DNA from: an uncultured Myxococcales bacterium | GTDB lineage: Bacteria > Myxococcota_A > UBA9042 | Direction of reading: 5' to 3' | DNA length: 64,000 nt | NCBI GenBank assembly: GCA_903955385.1 | Contig: CAJBNH010000033.1 | Location: forward strand, 27,586-91,585 | Shown: one piece after another, positions 36,791 to 46,600 of the stretch | Layout: the number at the start of each line of letters is the position of its first letter | Numbering within the stretch: position 1 is the stretch's first letter | The notes under the pieces: model-generated | Told to the model about the DNA's origin: nothing | Seen by the model: the letters and a program-made list of their open reading frames with translations, nothing else | Databases searched by the model: none | Translations under genes and position numbers: made by a program

Positions 36791-37807
36791 TCATGCATCG
36801 GTGGGGGGATTCGACTTGAACACACGGAAAAGGAAGAAGAACGACGGCAGCAGCACCAGACTTCCCAGGCCGAGCACCCACAGCACGGGACGCAGCACGG
36901 TCTGGGGCGCCGCCGCCGACTCGACGGTCAGGTTGGGCGGCAGCAGGTAGGGGAACTGGGCAAACCCCCAACCAGCAACGATCAGCGCCACATGCAGGGC
37001 AGCGGCGACCCGGGCCACGGAATACCACCTCCGCCACAGCGCCGCCACCGCCACCACGGCCGAACCGCCGACCATGACGTGGAATGCCAGGGACCACGAC
37101 CGCTGCGTCAACCCCGCGGCGACCAGCGGTGCGTGTTGGCGGGCGAGCACGAAGGCGCCCCAGGCCGTCAGGAACACGATCGGCGCCGTCATCAGCGCAC
37201 GCCACCGAAAGTCCTCTTGCAGCCTGGGGTCTCGCGTCTCGAGCGTCAGGTACACGGCCGCCAGGAACGCGAACAGGGCGACCGCCAGCAGACCGACGGC
37301 CAAGGGAAACGGCGCCGCCCAGGCCGAGACGAAGTCGGTGACGACCTGATGCGTGCGCGGATCGACGGGCAGTTGTCCCGACGCCACCGCCCCGGCCGAG
37401 ACGCCCAGCATGAATGGCGTGACGACACTGGCGCTTGCGAACACCCGCCCCCACCAGCGCAGCGTCTCGTCCGTGCCACCGCCATACGACCGGAACGTGA
37501 ACGCCGAGCCTCGCAGCACGACGCCGATCAGCATGACGGTCAACGGGATGTGCAGGGCCGTCGCCATCGCGGCGAACGCGAGGGGAAAGCAGACGAACAG
37601 CAAGACGACGGCGAGGATCAGCCAGACGTGATTCGCCTCCCAAATCGGTCCCAGCGCATCGGAAATGACCTTGCGCTGCCTGGCCTTGCGCGGGCCAGAC
37701 GCCAGCAGGTCCCACACGCCGCCGCCAAAGTCCGCGCCGCCCGACACCGCGTACACGACCAAGCCAGCCAACAACACGCCGGCCACCGCCAACGCCTCGG
37801 TGTTCAT
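36791..37807 (-). CDS. cydB: Cytochrome bd ubiquinol oxidase subunit II
   Basis: The GPIWEANHVWLI motif is present. About 8 TM helices are predicted. Confidence 0.9.
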   Translation of the reverse strand: MNTEALAVAGVLLAGLVVYAVSGGADFGGGVWDLLASGPRKARQRKVISDALGPIWEANHVWLILAVVLLFVCFPLAFAAMATALHIPLTVMLIGVVLRGSAFTFRSYGGGTDETLRWWGRVFASASVVTPFMLGVSAGAVASGQLPVDPRTHQVVTDFVSAWAAPFPLAVGLLAVALFAFLAAVYLTLETRDPRLQEDFRWRALMTAPIVFLTAWGAFVLARQHAPLVAAGLTQRSWSLAFHVMVGGSAVVAVAALWRRWYSVARVAAALHVALIVAGWGFAQFPYLLPPNLTVESAAAPQTVLRPVLWVLGLGSLVLLPSFFFLFRVFKSNPPTDA

Positions 37808-39156
37808 GCGTCACCTCGATCCGTCGCGGTCGCGCCGCCTTGCGCCTTGTCCGTCGCGGCCAGACCCGGGCTGGCGAACACCTGTCGCTTCATCAGCAAG
37901 ACGACCACGACCGCCAGCACCAGGTAGAGCAGGGTGAAGGTCAAGAACGGCACGATCAGGTACGGCATCGGTGTGACGGCGTCGGCGGTGCGCAAGAACC
38001 CATGGATCACCCAAGGTTGCCTGCCGACCTCGGTGACGACCCAACCCGCCTGGACGGACAGCATCCCCATCGGCCCTGCCACGACCAAGGCCTTCAACAG
38101 CCACGGATCCAGCGGCACGCGCTTGCGACGCCGCCACAGCACCGCCGCCGCCAACGCCACCGCGGCCATGTACATGCCCATGCCCACCATCGCCTGAAAG
38201 GCCACGTGCACGACGGCCACGGGGGGGCGGTCCTGCTTGGGGATGTCCTTCAGCCCCGTCACAGCGGCGTTCGGGTCGCCATGCGCGAGAAAGCTGAGAC
38301 CATACGGGATCTCCAGCGCCCACGACGTCGTCTCGGCCACCTCGTCGGGCCAGCCGCCGATCGACAGCGGTGCGGCCGCACGGGTCTCCCAGTGGGCCTC
38401 GGCAGCCGCGAGCTTGGCGGGTTGGTTGCGGGCGATCTGCTTGGCGCTGAAGTCGCCGCTGATCGGCTGCAGCACGCCCGACACGATGGCAACGCCCAGC
38501 GCGATGGCAAACGCCCTTTGGTGGAAGCCCTGGCCGGGCTGTCGCAGCAGGACCCAGGCGTGGATGGCGGCGACAGCGAACGCGACCGCTTGAAACGCCG
38601 CGATCGCCATGTGGGTCACCTGGGTGGGCGCCGCCGGGTTCAGCATCGCCGCCCACACGTTCACGTCGCGGATCTCGCCGCCGACGATCGAGAAACCCGC
38701 CGGCGTGTTCATCCACGCATTGGCCATGACGACGAAGACGCCGCTCGCGGTGCCGCTGACCAGCACGGCGACGCCAGAAAGCCAATGGATGAGAGGACTC
38801 ACGCGATCCCATCCGTACAGCCAGATGCCCAGGAAGATGGCCTCGAGGAAGAAGGCGAATCCCTCGAGCGAGAACGGCATCCCGATGACGGGTCCCGCGT
38901 GGCGCATGAACGTGGGCCACAGCAGCCCCAACTCGAACGACAACACCGAGCCCGAGACCGCCCCGACCGCGAACAGGATGGCGGTGCCCTTGGCCCACCG
39001 GTGCGCGAGCTCGCGGTAGTCCGGTTCGCGGGTGCGCAGCCACAGCCCCTCGGCGATCACCATCAGCAATGGCATCGCCATGCCGACGACCGCAAAGAAC
39101 ATGTGAAAGCCAAGCGACATCGCCATCTGGGATCGCGCGGCCAGCAGGTCGGTCAT
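37804..39156 (-). CDS. cydA: Cytochrome bd ubiquinol oxidase subunit I
   Basis: CydA motifs are present (…MFHMFFA…, the Q-loop, GWVVTEVGRQPW). The start is the ATG at 39156. It overlaps the cydB start by 4 nt. Confidence 0.9.
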   Translation of the reverse strand: MTDLLAARSQMAMSLGFHMFFAVVGMAMPLLMVIAEGLWLRTREPDYRELAHRWAKGTAILFAVGAVSGSVLSFELGLLWPTFMRHAGPVIGMPFSLEGFAFFLEAIFLGIWLYGWDRVSPLIHWLSGVAVLVSGTASGVFVVMANAWMNTPAGFSIVGGEIRDVNVWAAMLNPAAPTQVTHMAIAAFQAVAFAVAAIHAWVLLRQPGQGFHQRAFAIALGVAIVSGVLQPISGDFSAKQIARNQPAKLAAAEAHWETRAAAPLSIGGWPDEVAETTSWALEIPYGLSFLAHGDPNAAVTGLKDIPKQDRPPVAVVHVAFQAMVGMGMYMAAVALAAAVLWRRRKRVPLDPWLLKALVVAGPMGMLSVQAGWVVTEVGRQPWVIHGFLRTADAVTPMPYLIVPFLTFTLLYLVLAVVVVLLMKRQVFASPGLAATDKAQGGATATDRGDA

Positions 39157-39326
39157 GTCGGACTCCACTCGTCGGGTCACACCGGGATGCGCAACCTTGC
39201 GACGTTTGATCGGCAACGGCAAGGCCATGTTGGCGCCGCGCCGCTTGACCCGCTTGCCACCACGACTATTCTCCGGCGGCACTCGCCAGACCGCCGCCCG
39301 CCCTTTCCACCCATCCGGAGCCGCTC

Positions 39327-39887
39327 ATGTACCTGACCGTCCTTGCCCTACATTCGCTGTTGCGCTGGGTCGTCCTCGTCGCCCTGATCCTGACGGCTAC
39401 TGCCGCGGTGCGTGGCTGGACGGGAGCCCGCCCTTGGACGTCGGCCAGCGCTCGCTGGGGTCGCATCGGTGTCATTGCGATGGACGTGCAACTTCTGCTT
39501 GGCCTGCTGCTCTACGCGTTCCTCAGCCCGATGACACACTCCGCCTTCGCAAACTTCGGCGCCGCGATGCGCGACCCCATCTCGCGATTCTGGGCCGTGG
39601 AGCACATTTTCCTCATGGTCACCGCTTTGGTGGCCGTGCATGTCGGTTTCGCCACGGCCAAGCGCGCCGTCGAGCCCGTGGCCAAACACCGCAGGACCGC
39701 CATCGGCTTCTCGCTGGCGCTGGTGGCCACCCTGATCGCGATTCCGTGGCCAGGGACGCGCACCGCCCGACCGTTGGTCCGGGGCCTGTCGGAAGCCCCG
39801 GCGTCCATCGAAAGCCCTTTGAACTCGGGGCAGGGCGATGATTCAGCCGCCATGCACGAGCCCGGGTCCGCCCCCGCAGCGAAATAG
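39327..39887 (+). CDS. Integral membrane protein (4 TM, hypothetical)
   Basis: Hydrophobic helices. It is divergent from cydAB. Confidence 0.55.
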   Translation: MYLTVLALHSLLRWVVLVALILTATAAVRGWTGARPWTSASARWGRIGVIAMDVQLLLGLLLYAFLSPMTHSAFANFGAAMRDPISRFWAVEHIFLMVTALVAVHVGFATAKRAVEPVAKHRRTAIGFSLALVATLIAIPWPGTRTARPLVRGLSEAPASIESPLNSGQGDDSAAMHEPGSAPAAK

Positions 39888-40085
39888 GGCCGTTCCGGTC
39901 CTAAATCAATCGTGAATCCGAGACGTTGACTTGCGCCAGAAGCGGAGCCAGCATCGCCAGCCTCTGGGCTCCTCCCAGAGCACGATGCCGGCGACCACCG
40001 ATCACCGGCCTCCTCCAAAAAAGCCGACAGCGTCCCGCGCGGAAGGTCCGCCAAGGCGTAGGCTTTCTCTGGTTCAGGAGAGTCC

Positions 40086-41423
40086 ATGTCTCCCCCTACC
40101 CAGTCTCCAGACGGCGCGGCCTCCAACGGCCTGACCCTGCAGCAGGCCATCGCGGAAGCCCACCGCTGCCTCCTGTGCCATGACGCCCCGTGCAGCAAGG
40201 GCTGCCCCGGCGGCACGGATCCGTCGAAGTTCATTCGCCAGATCCGCTTCTACAACTTCAAGGGGGCGGCCCGGACCGTGCTGCGCAACAATCCGCTGGG
40301 CGGCGTGTGCGCGTACGTCTGCCCGACGGAAGAAACCTGTCGCCATGCGTGCTTGCGCGGCGAGATCGACACCCCGATCGACATCGACGGGTTGCAGCGA
40401 TTCGCGGTGGAGTACGGCCGCAGCCAGGGCCTGACGGTGCTCGAGAAGGGCCAGGACAAGGCTGCACGCATCGCGGTCATCGGCGCAGGTCCTGCGGGCC
40501 TGGCGGCGGCGGCCAACTTGGCGCGTTTCGGCTACAAGGTCACGGTCTTTGAGGCACGGGCGGAAGCGGGCGGCATGCTCCGCTACGGCGTTCCGGCGCA
40601 CCGGCTGCCGCTGGAGGCGCTCAACGCCGACGTGCGGGAGATTCAGTCGCTGGGCGTCGAGATCAAGACCTCGCACCCCATCGACCGCGAGAACGCGACC
40701 GCGTTGCTCGACCAGGGCTACGCGGCGGTGTTTGTGGCCCCGGGTTTGTGGAAGGCGTTCGAGTTGAATCTGCCCGGCAAGGACCTGCAAGGTGTTGGTA
40801 CGGCCCTCGAGTTCCTCGAGCTCGCCCGCACCGACACCCAAGCGGCTGCCCAGCGCGTCGCGGGCCGCAACATCGCGGTCATCGGTGGCGGCGCGGTCGC
40901 GATGGACGTGGCGCACACGGCGCGCGAGCTTGGCGCCCAGCGCATCTACGTCCTGACACTCGAGGGGCTCAGCGAGCTTCCGGCCACCGCGGCTGAGCTC
41001 GACCAAGCCCGTGAAGACCACATCATCTTCAAGCCCCAGAGCCGTGTCGTAGCCATCGCCGGTCAGGGCGGCTTCGTCACCGGGCTGCAGGGCTGCGAGA
41101 CCGAGTGGGTGGTCAAGGGCAAGCTGACGCCCGACAACGCCCGCGACGTCGACGGCACCGGCTTCGAGTTGCGCGTGGGTGCCGTGATCCAAGCCATCGG
41201 TCAGGGACCCAGCGAGGTCGTCGGCCGCATCCTGTCTCAGGCCGAGCGCAAGGGCCGGTTGGTCGCGGCCGACGCGGTCACCCTGGCCACCAGCGTCGAT
41301 CGCGTCTTCGCAGGCGGCGACATCGTGCGCGGCGCAGCGACGGTCGTGAAGGCGGTCGCCGACGGCAAACGAGCAGCGGACGCCATCCACAAAATGCTCA
41401 CGGGTACGGAGGTGACGGCATGA
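40086..41423 (+). CDS. preT: NAD-dependent dihydropyrimidine dehydrogenase subunit PreT (glutamate-synthase small-subunit-like)
   Basis: An N-terminal Fe-S Cys cluster and the FAD/NAD dinucleotide motifs IAVIGAGPAGL and IAVIGGGAVAMD are present. Confidence 0.85.
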   Translation: MSPPTQSPDGAASNGLTLQQAIAEAHRCLLCHDAPCSKGCPGGTDPSKFIRQIRFYNFKGAARTVLRNNPLGGVCAYVCPTEETCRHACLRGEIDTPIDIDGLQRFAVEYGRSQGLTVLEKGQDKAARIAVIGAGPAGLAAAANLARFGYKVTVFEARAEAGGMLRYGVPAHRLPLEALNADVREIQSLGVEIKTSHPIDRENATALLDQGYAAVFVAPGLWKAFELNLPGKDLQGVGTALEFLELARTDTQAAAQRVAGRNIAVIGGGAVAMDVAHTARELGAQRIYVLTLEGLSELPATAAELDQAREDHIIFKPQSRVVAIAGQGGFVTGLQGCETEWVVKGKLTPDNARDVDGTGFELRVGAVIQAIGQGPSEVVGRILSQAERKGRLVAADAVTLATSVDRVFAGGDIVRGAATVVKAVADGKRAADAIHKMLTGTEVTA

Positions 41424-42658
41424 AGAAGCGTCCCAGCCTGGAAGTGAATTTCTGCGGCGTGAAGTTCCCCAACCCGTTCTGCCTGTCGTCGTCGCCCGTC
41501 GGCAACACCTACGACATGGTGGCGCGGGCGTTTGACCACGGATGGGGCGGCGCGGCGTTCAAGACGGTCGGTCTGGACTACGAGGTCAAGATCACCCACC
41601 CGTCGCCTCGCCTGAATGGCTACAACTTCGCGAACCACAAGGTGGTTGGCCTGCAAAACGTCGAGCAGATCTCGGATCGCACCACGACCGAGAACTTCAC
41701 CGACATCGCGCGCCTGAAGAAGAACTACCCCAAGCACGCGGTCATCGCGTCGATCATGGGCCTGACGCACTCGCAAGACTGGGTCGAGCTCGCGAAGATG
41801 GCGCAGGACTCGGGCGCGGACATGATCGAGTGCAACTTCTCTTGCCCGCAAATGACGGTCGAGGGAACGGGGCACAAGGTCGGACAGGACGCCGCGCTGA
41901 TCGAGACGTTGACCAAGCTGACCAAGAGCGGCTGCTCCATCCCTGTGATGGCCAAGATGACGCCGAACGTCGCGGACATGCTGCCCATGGCGCTCGGTGC
42001 CAAGGCGGGCGGTGCGGATGCGATCTCGGCCATCAACACCGTGCGCGCGATCTCGGCGGTGGACATCTTCAACTACGTCCCGATGCCGACGGTGGGCCAG
42101 AAGGGCTCGGTGTCCGGCTTCTCGGGCGCAGCGGTCAAGCCGATTGCACTGCGTTTCGTGTCTGAGTTGGCGTCGGACCCGCGGCTGCAGCTGCCGATCA
42201 GCGCGATGGGCGGCCTGTACACGTGGATGGACGCGGTCGAGTTCCTGCTGCTGGGCGCCACCACGTTGCAGTGCACCACGGCGGTCATGCACCACGGCTA
42301 TCGCATCGTCGAGGACATGAACGAGGGTCTCGAGGACTACTTGGCCGACCGCGGCTTCCAGTCCGTGCATGACATCATCGGCCTCGCGCTGACGAACGTG
42401 ACCGACCCGAACGGCCTGACACACAAGACCCAAGCGATCTCGCTGATCGACAAGGACAAGTGCGTCGGTTGCGGCCAGTGCCTGCTGGCTTGCCGTGACG
42501 GCGGGGCGCAAGCCATCACGCTGGACCCGCGCCGCAAGGCCGTCGTCGACGAGAACGAGTGCTTCGGCTGCCTGATGTGCAAGCACATTTGCCCGGTCGA
42601 GGACTGCATCACGTACAAGACGGTCCCGCACCATCTGGCGCATCTGGCGACCGCCTAG
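41420..42658 (+). CDS. preA: Dihydropyrimidine dehydrogenase subunit PreA (DHOD-like TIM barrel with a C-terminal 2x[4Fe-4S] ferredoxin domain)
   Basis: A DHOD-like core plus the ferredoxin motifs CVGCGQCLLACRDG and CFGCLMCKHICP. The start overlaps the preT stop as ATGA. Confidence 0.88.
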   Translation: MKKRPSLEVNFCGVKFPNPFCLSSSPVGNTYDMVARAFDHGWGGAAFKTVGLDYEVKITHPSPRLNGYNFANHKVVGLQNVEQISDRTTTENFTDIARLKKNYPKHAVIASIMGLTHSQDWVELAKMAQDSGADMIECNFSCPQMTVEGTGHKVGQDAALIETLTKLTKSGCSIPVMAKMTPNVADMLPMALGAKAGGADAISAINTVRAISAVDIFNYVPMPTVGQKGSVSGFSGAAVKPIALRFVSELASDPRLQLPISAMGGLYTWMDAVEFLLLGATTLQCTTAVMHHGYRIVEDMNEGLEDYLADRGFQSVHDIIGLALTNVTDPNGLTHKTQAISLIDKDKCVGCGQCLLACRDGGAQAITLDPRRKAVVDENECFGCLMCKHICPVEDCITYKTVPHHLAHLATA

Positions 42659-42693
42659 CTTCCTCCCGGCCCCCTGACCTCCCCCAACTACCT

Positions 42694-43548
42694 TCAGATC
42701 GGCGGCCGCTCGAAGCCGTGGCCGATCACCTCGGTCACATCTTGCACGAAGGTAAAGGCGTTGGGGTCCTGGTCCTTGACGATCTTGCGGGCCACGGCCA
42801 ACTGCCGGGTGCGCAGGATACACAGGACCACCTTGGTCTGGTTTCCCGTGTAGGCGCCCTCTCCCTGCAGAAAGGTCGCGCCGCGGTCCAGGCCGTTCAT
42901 CAACGCGTCGGCCACTTCGCGGGGGCGGTTGGTGATCGTCAGCATGGCCTTGTTCGCGCCCACGCCCACGATCGTCTGCTCGACCACCACCGACTCGACC
43001 AGGATCGCCACGGCGGTCGCAAGGGCGGGTTCCAGGCCGTAGAACCAGGCCAACCCCAGGACGCCCGACGCATTCAGCACGAAGAACAGCGGCCCGATGC
43101 GGACTGAGCTGACCTTGCGGATCGCTGCCGCGATCACGTCGGTGCCGCCTTGCGACGCCCGCGCGCGAAACACCAGACCGGTCCCCAGCCCCGCCACCAC
43201 GCTGCCCGCCAGCAGGTTCAGATAGAAATCCTTGACTGGATGCAGGGTTGCGAGCGGCTGCGTGACCGCCAGTGCCAGCGACAGACCGGCCATGCCCAGC
43301 AAGCTCCACAGCAGGAACTCGCGCTCGAGCAGCCGGCGGGTCCCCAAGAAAATCGGGATGTTCAGTGCGACCAGCACCGCCGCCGACGGCAACGGCGTCA
43401 GGTAGGACACCAGCAGCGCGATTCCGGCGACGCCGGCCGTCAACAGGTGGATGGGCACGAGAAACAGCTGGATCCCCGCCGCCGCCAGCAGCGAGCCAGC
43501 GGTGACGAGGGCGATGCGGATCAAGAGATCGTGAACGGCGGGGCGCAT
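42694..43548 (-). CDS. YitT-family membrane protein (DUF161/DUF2179)
   Basis: Five TM helices in the N-terminal part and the C-terminal DUF2179 domain (…VVLCILRTRQLA…). The start is the ATG at 43548. Confidence 0.75.
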   Translation of the reverse strand: MRPAVHDLLIRIALVTAGSLLAAAGIQLFLVPIHLLTAGVAGIALLVSYLTPLPSAAVLVALNIPIFLGTRRLLEREFLLWSLLGMAGLSLALAVTQPLATLHPVKDFYLNLLAGSVVAGLGTGLVFRARASQGGTDVIAAAIRKVSSVRIGPLFFVLNASGVLGLAWFYGLEPALATAVAILVESVVVEQTIVGVGANKAMLTITNRPREVADALMNGLDRGATFLQGEGAYTGNQTKVVLCILRTRQLAVARKIVKDQDPNAFTFVQDVTEVIGHGFERPPI

Positions 43549-43663
43549 GGCGAGACCTGGGCCGGGCAGGGGGGCCCGATGGGGGGCCGCGATGGTAAGC
43601 CCGCCAGCGCCGCGAGAGAACCCCTGGCGACCGGCAGAGACACCCCAGGCGCGCCGCCCCGGT

Positions 43664-46600
43664 CTACAGCGACAACGGCGCCCCATGGCGCATGGTGTGC
43701 ACCGCAAAGCTGCGGCAGTGCAGGTGCGCCTTGGCAACGCCCTCGTAGTCCGGCGCCTGCGGCCAGGACACCGCGCAGTGCACCGCGCGCACGTGCCTTT
43801 GTCCCTTGGGCAGTGCGGTGGCGGCGGCGAGAACGGGCTCCCACTCCTCGGCCGTCCCATCCAGCACGACCGTCGTCACGTGCAAGCGTCCCAGCGCGGC
43901 CAGAATTCCGTCACCGTCGACCACACGCACCACGTCGAACGCCGGGGGCTCGTCTGCACCCGCCAGTTGCTGCGCCAGCCCCTGCCACGCCACGTGAGAT
44001 TCCGCAGAGCAGGCAAGCACTTCCACGGGGTTGCCGGTGCAGGCCGCCGCCACCGCGTGCATGACCGCGTTGCCGCCGGGAACCCGCCGACCCGCCAGCA
44101 CCACCACAGGGCCGCGCGGCAACGACCAGCGATTGAAGCTGTCCTGACCGGGGATCACGCGGTTCAGCTCGGCGCCTGACGCAAGTCCGGGCAGCTGCTG
44201 CAGCATCCACGTCAGAAGGGCCTCGACGTGACCCCGCGACTCCGGGTCCAGCATCCCCTTGGGCAGCGTCTCGAGCGCCCGCTGCATCGCCGCCGCCAGT
44301 CGCAGCCCCTTGGCCACCGAAGTGGACTTGGGAGCCGGGCCATGCTCGTGCACCGCGTGGTCGTGAGCTGCGTGCGGCAGGTCGTCGTCTTCCACCGTCG
44401 AAGTCTCGGGATTCTCCATGTCGTTCAGCACGGCAGCGGCCTGCGGGTCCATGGGACCACGCGAGAGCACCGAAGGCGCCAGCGACGAATAGAAGGAGGG
44501 CAGGTACTCGTGACCGCCGGCTTTGGGGCCTGTACCGGAAAGCTTGAAACCTCCGAAGGGTTCAATACCTACGCGCGCACCCGTGACCGTTCTGTTCACA
44601 TAGACATTGCCGCACTCGAGCAGGTCGCCGAGTCGGGCGATGTCGTCTTGCGACTGGGTGAACATGCCCCCTGTCAAGGCGAAGTCGGTGCCGTTGAAGA
44701 GCTGGACCGCGTGCTCCATGGACTTGGTGGGGATGATGTGGACGATGGGGCCGAACAGCTCCTTTTGCGCGTAACTGTCTGGCTTCACCGCCGCTTCAGC
44801 TGGTAACAGGACGACGGTCGGGCCGACCAGATGGCCTCCCCGCGGTGTTCCGGCGAACGAGCGACCGGGCTCGGGCTGGGCCGGCATCGGTCCCGGAGCA
44901 GACTGCTGGCTGCGATCGACCAGGACCTCGCCGCCGTTGTCGCGGGCTTCCTGTCCCGCAGCCTCCGCATCCTTGCGCAAGCGGGCCTGCTCCTGCGCGG
45001 TGATCACCGGATTGACGCGAGTGCCGTGCGACGCTGCCGGACCCAGTTGCAAGTCGTTGGCGGCTCTGCGGAAACGGGCGAGGAAGGCGGGCAGGATTCG
45101 CTCGTCCACCAGGATCCGCGACGCCGCCGAGCACTTCTGTCCCGCGTGACCGAACGCCGAATACAGGCAACCGCTGACCGCCTCGTCCAGGTCGGCAGAG
45201 GCCGTGACGATGACCGCGTTCTTGCCGCCCATTTCGGTGATGGCGCGCTTGGTTCGGCCATCGACCACCTGAGGCGCCATCGCGCTGTAGATCCACGAGC
45301 CCACGCCCACCGACCCGGTGAAGACGCTGGCCGAGACGTCGGGGTGCTGCACCAGACGGTTGCCGACCTCAGCACCCGGACCCGTCATGTGGCGGAAGAC
45401 TGCAGGCGGGACGCCCACTTCGCGCAGCAGCCGCACCAGAAGCTCGACGATCAGGGGGGTGGGGCGCGCGGACTTCAGCAGCACCGCGTTGCCCGACACA
45501 AGGGCGGCGATGGCCATGCCGCAGGGAATCGCCAAGGGGAAGTTCCACGGTGCCACCACGGCCACCACGCCCCACGGCTTGGCCTCAGGCCAGGTCGTCT
45601 CGACGCGGAACGCCTCGCGGGCATAAAACATCATGAAGTCGATGGCTTCATCGACGTCAGCCAGTGCCTCGTTGCGGGCCTTGCCGCCTTCCAGAGCTGC
45701 GACGGCCGCAAAGTCCAGACGCCGCACGCGCATCCGCTCGGCAGCCCGCATCACCAGCGTGGCGCGCTGACCCACCGACCGCGCCGCCCACAGGGGCTGT
45801 TGCGCCAGAGCGTCTGTGACCGCCACGTCGACGTCGGCGGCTGTGCAGAACGCAATGTGCCCCAGCACGTCGTCGGTGTCGGAGGGGGATCGAACCACCA
45901 TCATCGGACCAGAGCGCACGTCGACCGCCGTCGCATCCTCGCGGAACGGCAGCAGCAGCCGTCGCATCGCAATCGCCTCGTCGAACGCCGCGCGATGCGG
46001 GGCCAGATAGAGGCGTGCAGGTCCGCAGTTGCGGAACGGCGGCATCTCACTGGGCGGGTCAGCGACGTTGAGAGGATCGCGTGCGATCTGGCCCTGTTCC
46101 ATCGCCCCGTGCAGCACGCGACTTGGGGGCGTCAGGCCGAGCTGCAGGTCCACGCCCGCGCGCGCCATCGTCAGCACGCCGACCTGCGAGCTGTTTTCGA
46201 GGATACGCCGCACCAGATACGCCATGCCCACCAGCAGACTGCCCACCGGGATGTAGTTGCGAACGGCCCAGCCCTGCTTGGCCAACGCGGTGCTGAGGCC
46301 CTCGTACGTCATGTGCAGTGCCTGATGCTCGACCGGCGGTGCACCCGGGTACATCAGCTCGCGAGCCTCGTGGGCAAAGCAGTGGTCGCGCAGGTTGTGG
46401 CTGCCGATGCACAGCTGGACGGCGTCGTGGCAGGCCAGGATGCGCAGCACCAGCATCTGGAACATCGCGTCCGACTCGGCCTTGTTCAGGAACTCGGGGG
46501 CGCAGAAGCCATGCGCGTCGGCTTCGGTGGTCTCGGCGTCCCAGTAGGCACCCTTGACCAGACGAATCGGCATCCGCACGCCGCGCTGGCGACAGTACCC

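Noticed and set aside
39157-39326. FNR-like box upstream of cydA (TTGCC-GTTGCCG-ATCAA)
   Set aside because: The spacing is 5+7+5, not the 5+4+5 of the FNR consensus. Too weak to call.
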